64,000 nucleotides of DNA from Scenedesmus sp. PABB004 (taxonomy: Eukaryota): positions 4,774,001 to 4,838,000 of the forward strand of contig CM026547.1 of assembly GCA_014905635.1 (NCBI GenBank), read 5' to 3'. A program made the position numbers and the translations under genes. Below are positions 36,036 to 45,940 of this stretch, in pieces; position 1 is the first letter of the stretch; the number at the start of each line of letters is the position of its first letter. The notes beneath the pieces were generated by a model that worked only from the letters and a program-made list of their open reading frames with translations, searched no databases and was not told the origin of the DNA.

Positions 36036-36432
36036 GACCTCGACACGCTCCTCCGCAGGCGCGCTGCCCTCGCAGCCAACGCCGGCAACAGCAGGCCTCC
36101 AGGCCTCCATCGGCCCCCAGGCCTCCCAGGGTGCGCGGCAGGCGCTCTCGGCGACGGCCCGGCCTCCAGGCGCCTTTCCGGCAGCGGCGCGGCCCTGCGC
36201 CGGGCCCCGGCGGCGCCGCGGCGCGGGCGAGCGCGCCAACCGCCGCGCTGCTGCTGCTGCCGCGGCCGCGCCGCACGGCCCGCGACGAGCGGGCGAGGGC
36301 CGCCAGCCGCGGTGCTGTGGTCGTCTCGTGATCGGGCCCCCGCGCCACCACCGCGGCGGCCACCGCCGCCGCCGCAACCGCCGCCGCGCGCAGGCCACCG
36401 GCGCGCGTGCGCGAGCGCTGCCGTCGCGCGGT

Positions 36433-36734
36433 ATGTCGGACGCCGAGGAGCTCCCCAACCCGGTGCCCGTGATCCTGGGCATCGTGGTCGGCATCGTCTT
36501 GCTGGTCGTGGGCGTGAACGTCACGCTCTGGTGGATCGCGCAGCAGGTGCGCGGCCGCGCCGCGCGGCCGCACGGGCGCGGAGCGCGCACTGCGCGGCCC
36601 GCGCGCCGACGCGCGCCCGCCCCCGCGCCCGCGCCTGTCCGAAGAACATGCCCGTGGTGAAGCCCAAGCGCGTGGGCGCGAAAAAGGCGAAGCGGGAAAA
36701 GCTGAGCCAGGGGATGCAGGTGCTCGGCGACTGA
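36433..36734 (+). CDS. S1FA: S1FA-family small protein (TM helix plus basic tail); 2 exons, intron 36547-36644
   Basis: MSDAEELPNPVPVILGIVVGIVLLVVGVNVTLWWIAQQ|NMPVVKPKRVGAKKAKREKLSQGMQVLGD matches the plant S1FA pattern N..L..YAQKNLPP.KKK.VSKKK.K.E.LKQG. Confidence 0.8.
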
Positions 36735-37096
36735 GCCGCCGGCGCCGCGGCGGGGCGCGGAGGCCCCGCCTGGCCGCCCGCGCGCGAGACGCGCCGCCAG
36801 CGCTGCGACAAGCGCTGGCGGCGCGGGCGCGAGCGCACCCCTCGGACCTGTGTTGTGGCGGCGGGTGATCAGCGGCGCTGCTGCCGGCGGGGCGGCTGAT
36901 CGCGGCGGCGCCGCGCGTGCGCGGCGCGGCGCGTCGTGTCGTGTCGCGCACGCCCGTATGTTACAGAGCCCCGACCGCGCGCGCGGCCGCGAGCTCCACG
37001 CGCGCAACCGCACCGTGCAGGGTCCGCAGCAGCGGCGGGAGCACGCGCAGGCTGCGCGCCCCCCGCCGCGGCTGATGGTGCGCCGCGCCGGCGCGC

Positions 37097-38332
37097 TCAG
37101 GTCGCGGCCGTGCCCGCGCCGCCGCCCGCGCCGCCGCGCTTGGCCGCCTCCGCTGCTGCCTTGTCGGCCTCGACCTCCGCCACGAGCGCGTCGAGCTCCG
37201 CCTCGGGCAGCAGGCGCAGGCCGGACGGCTCCATGACCGCGATCTCGATGTTCTTGCTGCTGCCCTCCACCGTCTCCATGAGCGCCCGGATCGCGAGCTT
37301 CACCGTGTCGCGCCCCGACGTCTCCACGTACTGCTTCTCAAGGAACTCACGGATCTGCGCGCGCGCGCACGCAGGGAGAGAGGGGGAGCGTGGGCGGCGC
37401 GGGCGCGGGCGCGAGGGCGCACGCTGGCGCCGCCGCCGGCCGCGCCGCCGCCGCGGGGCGCCGCCGCGCGGGCGCGGGGCGCGCCGCCGCGCCGCTGCAC
37501 CGTCTTGCTGTTGCGCCCGATCGCGTTGGCCTTCCACGCGCTGAAGGTGCCGCTGGGGTCGGTCTGGTACAGCGCGGGCGAGCCGTCGGGGTTGAAGCCC
37601 ACGATGAGCGTGGAGATGCCAAACGGGCGCACGCCGCCGCTCTGCGTGTACTTTTGCTGCACGCCGGCGATGAACTTGGTGATGTAGTCCACCGACACCG
37701 CCTCGTCGAGCGTGAGCCGGTGGCTCTGCGCCTCCACGCGCGCGCGATTGACCAGCACGCGCGCGTCCGCGGTCAGCCCCGCAAACGCGAGGCAGATGTG
37801 CTCGTCGAGCGACACGATCTTGCGCACCGTGCGCGCGTCCTGCAGCCGCGCCGTCGACTTGCGCTCCACGCCTGCGCGCGGCGCGGTGCGATGCGAGCGG
37901 CGCGGGGCGGGAGCGGCGCGGGAGCGGCGCGTCGGCGGCGGCAGCGGCGTGGGGCGCGCGCCCAACCTCCCCACCGCTGCCGCGGCGGCTGCCGCTGGCG
38001 CACGGCTGCCGGCACCGCCGGCGGGGCCACCGGCGCGGCTGGCTGGCTGGCGCCGCACGCGCGGCGGCCGCGCGTGCGCGGCGGTTGCAGCAGCGGCGCC
38101 GCACCGAGCACGATGGTGTCGGTGCCGCGCACGCCGACCGCCAGCGCGCCCTTGCGCACAGCCTCCAGCGCGTATTCCACCTGGAACCTACAGGGCCGCA
38201 GCGGCGCGGCGGGCCGGGCGCCGTGGGCCACGCGAGGGCGTGGGGCGTGCTGATCCCCCGCCGCCCCGCCCCGCGCGCTCACAGGTGGCCGTCGGGGCTG
38301 AACACAGTGATGGCCCGATCATAGCGCGCCAT
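37097..38332 (-). CDS. PSMA7: 20S proteasome subunit alpha-4 (alpha type-7); multi-exon
   Basis: [85 protein letters not shown] on the minus strand at 36961-65. Confidence 0.97.
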
Positions 38333-38667
38333 CTCGGCCGCGCCCCCGCGCAGCTGCCGCGATCAGGCGGGCCGGGAGCGGCGGTGCTGTCTCGCTGCCG
38401 AGGCAAGTGGATGACGAGAGCTGGCGGGCGGGCGGCTGGCTGGCGTGGATCGACGTGCGGGAGTGGCCTGTGTGCGCGCTGGTGCCGCCGAAGCGCGGGC
38501 GGGGCCTTTGGCGGGCGGCGGCGCCCGCACACAACCGCGCCGCTGCGCCGCCGTGGCGCAAACGCCGCACGCCGCCGCCCCCCTGCGCCGCACACCGCCG
38601 CACCCGCCCAGTCGTGCCGGGCGCGGCCAGCAGCACGCCAGCGCACCAGCACACACACAGCCGCACC

Positions 38668-39341
38668 ATGGCGGGCGTGCCGCGCGAGACGTACCGCGCG
38701 CTCGTGCGCGACGTCGACCTGCCGGCGATGTGCTGCGCGCACCTGGGCCTCCTGGCGGCGCGCTACCCGGGGTGGGCGGCGGCGGCGGCGGCGCGGGGCG
38801 CCGGCTCGCGCGCGGCGGCGGTTGGCGCCGGTCGCAGCAGCGGCGGCGCCCGGCGCGCCCACCGCCGCGCCGCGTCCGCGCCCGCCGCCGCACGGGCGCG
38901 GCGCCGCAGGGTGCGCCCGGACACCATCTGCGCGGTGTTTGCGCAGGAGAGCCAGTTCAAGGTCATCAAGAGCCACCACGTCCACAAGGCGGCCATGCCC
39001 GCGTACGTCGCGCGCTACGTGGGCGGCGCCGACGTGCTCGCGCTCTGCGCCGACGTGGACTTCCCGCCCTGCCTCATGATGCGGCGCATGCTGGAGCTGC
39101 TGTTCAAGCTCAGCAAGCAGCGCGTGGGCGACGTGCTGAAGGACCCGCGCCTGCTCGCCGGCCTGGACCGGCAGGCCTGCCTGCTGGAGTGGCTCGCGGC
39201 GGCAGACGCCGCTGCGCCCGCGGCGCCGCAGAGGCAGGGGCAGGGGCAGCAGGCGGCGCAGCAGCAGGCGCAGGCACCGGCGCAACAGCAGCAGCGGCAG
39301 CGGCAGCAGCAGCAGGAGCAGCAGGCGGCGCAGCAGGCGCA

Positions 39342-39381
<40 letters not shown>

Positions 39382-40269
39382 GCGCAGGCGCAGGAGCGCC
39401 CGGACCAGCCGCAGCCGCCGGACGGCGACGGCCGCGTCGCGGCGCTGCTGGCGCGGCTGCAGGCGGACGTGGTGCGCTGCGTGCACGCGGACCGCAGCTA
39501 CTCGCCCTTCAGCGACATGGCCAAGTCGCTCGCGGGTGACCGCGCGATGGCGCGGCCCCGCCGCCGGCGCGGCCCCGCCGCCGGCGCGGCCTCGGGCGCG
39601 CGCGCGGGGCGGCGCGCGCGCGCCTGGCCTCACGCCGTCGCGCCGGCGCAGGCCTGGAGCACGAGGCCAAGCTCTACGCGGCGCTGCAGCGCGCCGACAT
39701 CCCGTACTGGAGCGAGGAGCAGCTGCGCCAGCGCGGGCTGTTCAAGACGCCCGACGCGCTGCTGCAGGCGCGCACCGTGCGGCGCCCGCCGGCCGGCGCG
39801 CGGCGCGCCGCTGCCCGCCGCGCCGGCGCGCGGCGCGCCGCTGCCCGCCGCGCCGGCGCCCGCGCCCGCGACCGCCGACGGCCGCGCGCGCGCGCAGGTG
39901 CCCATCTGCGTGCGCGCGTGCGCCGCCGACGGCGGCGAGCGGTCGTGGCACCTGGTGCACTGGATCGACAGCAAGGCGAGCTTCGGCGACGACCGCGCGC
40001 ACGGGCAGGCGCTGGAGGGGCAGTACCGGACGTACGTCAACCGCTACGGCGCGGGCCTGGTCATCTACTGGTTTGGCTTCCTCGCCGGCCTCGACAACGA
40101 CCCCGAGGTGGCGCTGCTCGACGGCTTCCCCGCCCCGGGCGACGTCCTGCAGCTGCCGCGCCTGCCGGCGCCGCGGCCGGCCGCGCGCGCGCCCGCCGGC
40201 GCCGCGCCCGAGCCGGCGCCGGGGGCGCTCCCGGCGCCCGCGGTCGCGGCCGCCCTGGCGCCGGCGTGA
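38668..40269 (+). CDS. CDIN1: CDAN1-interacting nuclease 1 (C15orf41 / TPD domain) homolog; multi-exon
   Basis: [72 protein letters not shown]-rich insert with (GCGCAGACG)x5. Confidence 0.88.
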
Positions 40270-40597
40270 CGCCCCGGGGCAGCCGGCGCCCGCCGCCCGC
40301 GCGGCGGCGGCAGCAGCGCCACCGCGCGCAGCGGCGCGGGGCGGCGCGGGGCGCCAGGCGCCGCGGCGCCTCGGCGCGGGCGGCGCGTTGGGTCGGCGCG
40401 GGGCCGTTGCGTTACAGGGTCTGTCAGCGACCGGACAAACGCTAACGCTGATCCCTTGCAAGCAAGGGGCGCCACCAACGGTGGGTTCCCCTCAGGGGCA
40501 CCGTGTGTTCAAGGTTTGGGCGGGGCGGGCCTGCGGGCGCGCGGACAGGCGTGCGGGGTGGTGAGGGACAGCGCGGTGCGGGCGCTGCTGCAGGGCG

Positions 40598-40978
40598 GCC
40601 CGCGTCCGGCGCGCACCTCCAGCCCCAACATGTTCTCGTCGATCCCCGTCGGGCGATGAGAGCCTCGACCATGCCCCGAGCGCGGCTGCGGCGCGGCGCG
40701 TTGCCGGCCGCCCCCGCGCGGGCGTGGCGCCAAGTCCTGCAGTCAACCCTGCGGCCGCCGGCGGGCGCGGGCGGGGGCGTCGCTCAGCGGGGGCGGGCCG
40801 AAGGCCCGCGACCGCCCACGCGGCGCGCGGGCTCGCTGACAGCCGCTGCGCGCGAGGGTGGCCGCTGGCGCACCGCGCATGCGCCCCCCCGCGCCCCGGC
40901 CGCGCGCGGGCCCGCCCGCGTCCGGCGCGCACCTCCAGGCCAGCATCTCGTCGATCCCCGGAGGACGATGAGAGCCCC
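40598..40978. repeat. Two ~70-bp direct repeats (40598-40668 and 40913-40978), each containing a hairpin
   Basis: gcccgcgtccggcgcgcacctccag...tctcgtcgatcccc...cgatgagagcc occurs twice. Confidence 0.85.
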
Positions 40979-41196
40979 GGCGGGCGGCCAGGCCGATCCG
41001 GGGGGGGAGGGGGGGGGGGGGGGGGGCGCGAAGCGTCGCTCTGGCGCGGCCTGCGGGGCGCGCCGACGGACGTGCGGGATGGCGGGCGTGAGTCCGGTGG
41101 GCGGCGCGGTGCGCGGCGGGCGCCCTGGTCGATGGTGCTTCGCGAAGGGCGGGAAAGCGCCGCCCCCACCGCGGCGCGCCGCGCGTGGCGCCGCGC

Positions 41197-41222
41197 GCGC
41201 CGTCCCGACGTCGGGACGGCGC
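41197..41222. repeat. Perfect 26-bp palindrome, with a partial second copy at 41344-41362
   Basis: gcgccgtcccgacgtcgggacggcgc. Confidence 0.9.
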
Positions 41223-41989
41223 CCCCACACACCTGGCGGCCGGCTGGGCGAGCTTGCAGCGCCGGCGCCGTCCAGGCGCGGGTCTGGGCGCCCGCCGGGA
41301 GGCGGGCGCCCTCGCCGCGTCGCCTGGGGGGCGCGTGGGGTCGCCCGACGTCGGGACGGCGCGCGGGCCGGGGGGAGAGAGAGAGGAGCGCAGAGCGACG
41401 GCGAATTTATTGGCGGAGAGAGCGAAAAATCGGCGAGGTCTGCGCCGAACCCCTGCTGGATTTTTTTGCAGAAAGCTCCGGCTCGGCCCGCCCAGCCGCT
41501 GCAGAGCCTTCGGTGACCGCTGGCAAGCCGCTGAGGTGCGCCCCGGGCACGGGCGGGCAGGGGCTGCGTGGGGGGGCCAGGGGGGCTTGAGCAGGCCCTT
41601 CCCCCCGCGGCCGCCCGGGCGCCCAGCGGCTGCCAGATTCCCCGTGCCGCCATGGTCGGTGTCATACCGCCATGATCACGCCCGCCCGCCACCCGCCGGC
41701 GCCCGCAGGAGCGACAGCAGCGGTGAGCGTGGACCGGCCTTCCCCGCGCGCCCCGCTCGCCACACGCCCCGTCAGAGCGGCCTGGTCTGCGGGTCAGACG
41801 TAATCAGGCACTGGTGCGGCGGGCCCCCGTGCGGCTGGGGCAAGGGGCGCGGCGGCGGCGGCGCTGCGCCGCCGTGCACCCGCGCACGCGCACGCGCCAC
41901 GCCGCGCGCCGCGCGCCCCGCCGCGCGCCCCGCAGGACCGAGCAGCACCCAGCGGCGCGCCCCCCGCGGCACGCCGCCGCGCGGGCACG

Positions 41990-43072
41990 ATGCTGCTGCA
42001 GAGGTGCGCGGCAGTGGTCGGCGGCGGGCCGTTGCACGCGCGCGTCTCACGCCGCGCCCGCAGCCCTGCCCGCAGCTCGATGCCCCGGCGGGTGCGCCTC
42101 GAGCCGGCGAGCTTGATTAATGAATCTGATCAGTCGCGGGGCGGCGCGCTGCGCATCACCACCGGGCCGGCCCACCACCGCGACGCCCAGGCCGCTGGGC
42201 TGGCCTGGTACGCCACCCTGCCGGCCGCCGGGGACCGCGGCGCGGCGGCCCTGGCAGACATGGGCCTCGTCGCGCACAGCCCGTCCGGCGAGGGCAACCG
42301 CTGCTGGGCGCGCGCGCTGGCGGCGGCCGCCGCCCAGCGGGGCAACGGTAAGCTGTGCGGCGTGGACTGCCGCGCCGCGTGCGCCGCCGGCGGGGCTGCG
42401 TTCGAGGCCGCCGTCGAGCAGCTGCTCGCGCTGATGGTCGGGGTCTGGCGGCTCTGCAAAGAGCAGGTGCGGCGCCGCCGCGCGCGGGCAGCTCGGCGCG
42501 GCGCGGCGAGGCCTGCGCCGGCCGCGCGCTCGCGCTCGCGCTCGCTGCAAGGCCCGCCGCGCTTGCACACACTGCCCGCCGCCGCCGCTGTTGTGCGTGC
42601 GCCACAGGCCGAGCCGGACAGCGGGCTGCTCAAGCTCCTCACCGGCGCGATCTCGTCAGCGAGCAACGGCGAGATGCTCACCGACGAGGCGGTCGGCATC
42701 GCCGCGGCGGCGCTGCTCGGCGAGCCGGTCATGGTCGTGCGCCACGCCGACGAGCGCGTCACCGCGGCGGTCCACTTCCCGCCCAACGCCATGCCCAGCC
42801 CCGTCGAGGTCGCCGCCACGCGCGAGGTGACGGCGCCCTGCGCGCTGTGGGTGGAGCGCGACCACTTCAGCGTGCTGCAGGCGCAGACCGGCAGCGGGGC
42901 GCGCGTGTTTGGGCTGTTTGACGGGGCCGTCAGCATGCTCGGCCACGGCGTGTACGCCGCGGACGTGCTCATCTGCGCCGAGGCGGCCGTCGTGCGCGCG
43001 CGCGACGCCGACGGTGAGCGGCGGGCGCGCGGGAGCAAGCGCGCGGGCCGGCGCTTTACAGCAGCGCTGTAA
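41990..43072 (+). CDS. Hypothetical protein with a divergent OTU-like cysteine protease domain; introns 42004-42075 and 42467-42607
   Basis: SPSGEGNRCWARALA (cf. GDGNCLFRAL), EAVGIAAAALLGEPVMVV, LWVERDHFSVL (cf. HY..L); frame-preserving canonical introns. Confidence 0.55.
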   Translation: MLLQRCAAVVGGGPLHARVSRRARSPARSSMPRRVRLEPASLINESDQSRGGALRITTGPAHHRDAQAAGLAWYATLPAAGDRGAAALADMGLVAHSPSGEGNRCWARALAAAAAQRGNGKLCGVDCRAACAAGGAAFEAAVEQLLALMVGVWRLCKEQVRRRRARAARRGAARPAPAARSRSRSLQGPPRLHTLPAAAAVVRAPQAEPDSGLLKLLTGAISSASNGEMLTDEAVGIAAAALLGEPVMVVRHADERVTAAVHFPPNAMPSPVEVAATREVTAPCALWVERDHFSVLQAQTGSGARVFGLFDGAVSMLGHGVYAADVLICAEAAVVRARDADGERRARGSKRAGRRFTAAL

Positions 43073-43189
43073 AGCAAAACCCTGGCGCTCGACCGCCGGC
43101 GATGGCGCTGCCGCACTTGGCCCGCCCGCGCCGCCGGCCGGCCACCTTTTGCACGCCTCCTGGGTCCAATCTTCTGGTCACCCGGCACC

Positions 43190-45283
43190 ATGGCGTTCGC
43201 CCTCAAGCAGTCCGCTGCTGCCAGCGTGGCCGGCGCCCGCGCCGCGCCCGCGGCCCGCCGCGCCGTGGTGGTCAAGGCCACCAAGTACGACGATGAGCTG
43301 ATCAAGACCGCGGTGCGCGCGGCGCGCGCGGCGTGCGCGCGCTGGGGCCGCGCAGCGGGCGGTGCGCCGATCTCAACCCCCCGGCGCGCCGCCCGTGGGC
43401 GGCGTGGCGGGCTGCGGCCACGCGCATTCACGGGCGCATGCGCGTCCGGGGGTGGGAGGGGGCGCCAATTGGCCAATCCCCGCGCGGGCTGGCGCTGAGG
43501 GCCCGCCCCGCGCCGCATGCGTGGCGCGCGCCCGCAGAACACGATCGCCTCCAAGGGCCGCGGCATCCTGGCCATGGACGAGTCCAACGCCACCTGCGGC
43601 AAGCGCCTGGAGAGCATTGGCCTCGAGAACACCGAGGACAACAGGCGCGCCTACCGCGAGCTGCTGGTCTCCACGCCCGGCCTGGGCCAGTACATCTCCG
43701 GCGCCATCCTGTTCGAGGAGACCCTCTTCCAGTCGACCTCGGGCGGCAAGAAGATGGTCGACTGCCTCACCGAGCAGAACATCGTGCCCGGCATCAAGGT
43801 CGACAAGGGCCTGGTGCCCCTCGCCAACAGCAACGGCGAGAGCTGGTGCATGGGCCTCGACGGCCTCGACAAGCGCTGCGCCGAGTACTACAAGGCCGGC
43901 GCGCGCTTCGCCAAGTGGCGCTCCGTGGTCTCCATCCCCGCGGGCCCGTCCACCATCGCGATGCGCGACTGCGCCTACGGCCTCGCCCGCTACGCCGCCA
44001 TCGCGCAGGCCGCCGGCCTCGTCCCCATCGTCGAGCCCGAGGTGCTCCTCGACGGCGACCAGGACATCGACCGGTGCGCGCGCGCGCCAGGCTGCGCCGC
44101 CGCGCCCGCCCCGGCCGCGCCGGCCGCCCGCCGGCGCGCCGGGGCGCGCCAGGGCGCGGTGGGGGGCGGGGGCTGGGGGGCCCGCGGCGGGGCGCGCGTC
44201 CCCAGACGCCACAGCGCGCGCCGGGCAGCCGGGCAGCGCGCGCGGCCGCCGCTGGTGCGCGCGCCGGCGCGCCCCTGCGGCGCGCCGCGCGAGCGACCCA
44301 GCACGCCCGAGGGCAGCCTGCAGCCGACCAGGCAGCCCGGTCGCGGCGCGGCGCGAGGCCGTCGCGCGCCTGCGCGGGGCCGAGCGCCCGCCCCGCAGCC
44401 CGGCGCGGCCAGCCGCCAGCCAGCTCCCACCGCCCACGCAGCACAGCCCACGGCGCGGCGTCGGCGCCAGCAGCCAGCGCCAGCGCCCAGCGCCAGCGCC
44501 CAGCGCCAGCGCCCAGCGCCAGCGCGCCAGCGCCGGGGGAGGGCACGCGCCGCCCGCGCGCGCGCAACCGTCGCGCAACCGCCGCGCCGCGTCGCGCAAC
44601 CGCCGCTCACCCCGCCCCGCCCCGCCCCGCCGCCTCCCTCGCCCGCCGCGCCCGCGCAGCTGCCTGGAGGTGCAGGAGGCGATCTGGGCTGAGACCTTCA
44701 AGTACATGGCCGACAACAAGGTCATGTTTGAGGGCATCCTGCTCAAGCCCGCCATGGTGACGCCCGGCGCCGACTCGTCGGCCAAGGTGCCCCCGGAGAC
44801 GGTCGCGAGCTACACGCTCAAGATGCTGCGCCGCCGCGTGCCCCCGGCCGTGCCGGGCATCATGTTCCTCAGCGGCGGCCAGAGCGAGCTCGAGGCGACG
44901 CTCAACCTCAACGCCATGAACAAGAGCCCCAACCCGTGGCACGTGAGCTTCAGCTACGCGCGCGCGCTGCAGAACAGCGTGCTCAAGACCTGGCAGGGCA
45001 AGCCCGAGAACCTCAAGGCCGCCCAGGACGCCCTGCTCAAGCGCGCCAAGGCCAACAGCGACGCGCAGCTCGGCCAGTACGACCCCAGCAACGAGTCCGC
45101 TGACGCCGGCCAGCGCACCTACGAGAAGGGCTACAAGGTGCGCGCGCGCGCACGCGCTGCCCCTGTGGCGGCCCTGCGCGCCCGCGGCGCCGCTGCGGCG
45201 GCCGCGCGGCAGCGCGCCGCGCCCGCGCGCGCCGGCGGCCGCCTGACGCCTCGCGCCGCGCCGCGCCTGCCGCGCAGTACTGA
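43190..45283 (+). CDS. FBA: Plastid class I fructose-1,6-bisphosphate aldolase; 4 exons
   Basis: Transit peptide [81 protein letters not shown], terminal KGYKY; TGTAA at 45657-61. Confidence 0.98.
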
Positions 45284-45656
45284 GCACCTCCCCGGTGCTG
45301 GAGTGCTTGACGGCAGCCGCATGGACAGCAGCAGGAGCTGCGGGCCTGGACTGGCTGGCTGGCGGCTCGCGGGAGCAGCAGCTGCTGCCCCGGCGCGGGC
45401 GGGGCGTGTGGGGCGTGTGAGTGGTGTTTGAGCGTGGTCGTCGGGACGAGGCGCCGGCCACTCTGCTTTGCGCGAGGCAGGATGTCGGCGGGCCGCCGCG
45501 CCCGCCGCGCACGTGCCCCGCGGCGCGTGCGGCGGCGGGCCGGCGGCGCCAGCAGGTGTTGCGTGTGGCGCGGTGGGCCAGCGGCTGCACAACGGTGCTT
45601 CGGTTGGTGCCCGCCACCGGCGGCTCGGCTGCGGGCGGGCGCGCACGCGCGACCGC

Positions 45657-45661
45657 TGTAA
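45657..45661 (+). promoter_or_regulatory. TGTAA polyadenylation signal of the aldolase gene (representative of several)
   Basis: Chlorophyte UGUAA signal. Equivalent sites lie downstream of TXNDC9 (4305), thrS (31294), PSMA7 (36961) and GT paralog 2 (48256) on the correct strands. Confidence 0.75.
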
Positions 45662-45940
45662 CCGAGGCGTCACATACCGAGTTGCACGGGGCCCGCCTGA
45701 TCCGCGGCTGATCCGTGGCCGCTCCGCGCCGCGCCCCAACGCAGCCCGGCCCCTCGCGCCGCGCCGGCGGCCTGCCGAGTCCAGTCCCCAGCCTGCGCTG
45801 ACCCGCGCGCCGCGCCGCCCCCTCTGCAGCCCCGCCCCTGGTCTTGGCAGCAGCGCCCGCGCGCGCCGCTGCATGTACAGGGAGCGAGCCAGCCCGCGCC
45901 AGCGCGCGGCACAGCACGAGCAGTCCCGCCGCGTGCCGGG

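Noticed and set aside
39235..39395. Gln-rich (AQT)n insert in CDIN1 as a mobile or intein-like insertion
   Set aside because: Low-complexity expansion typical of chlorophyte proteins; no intein motifs
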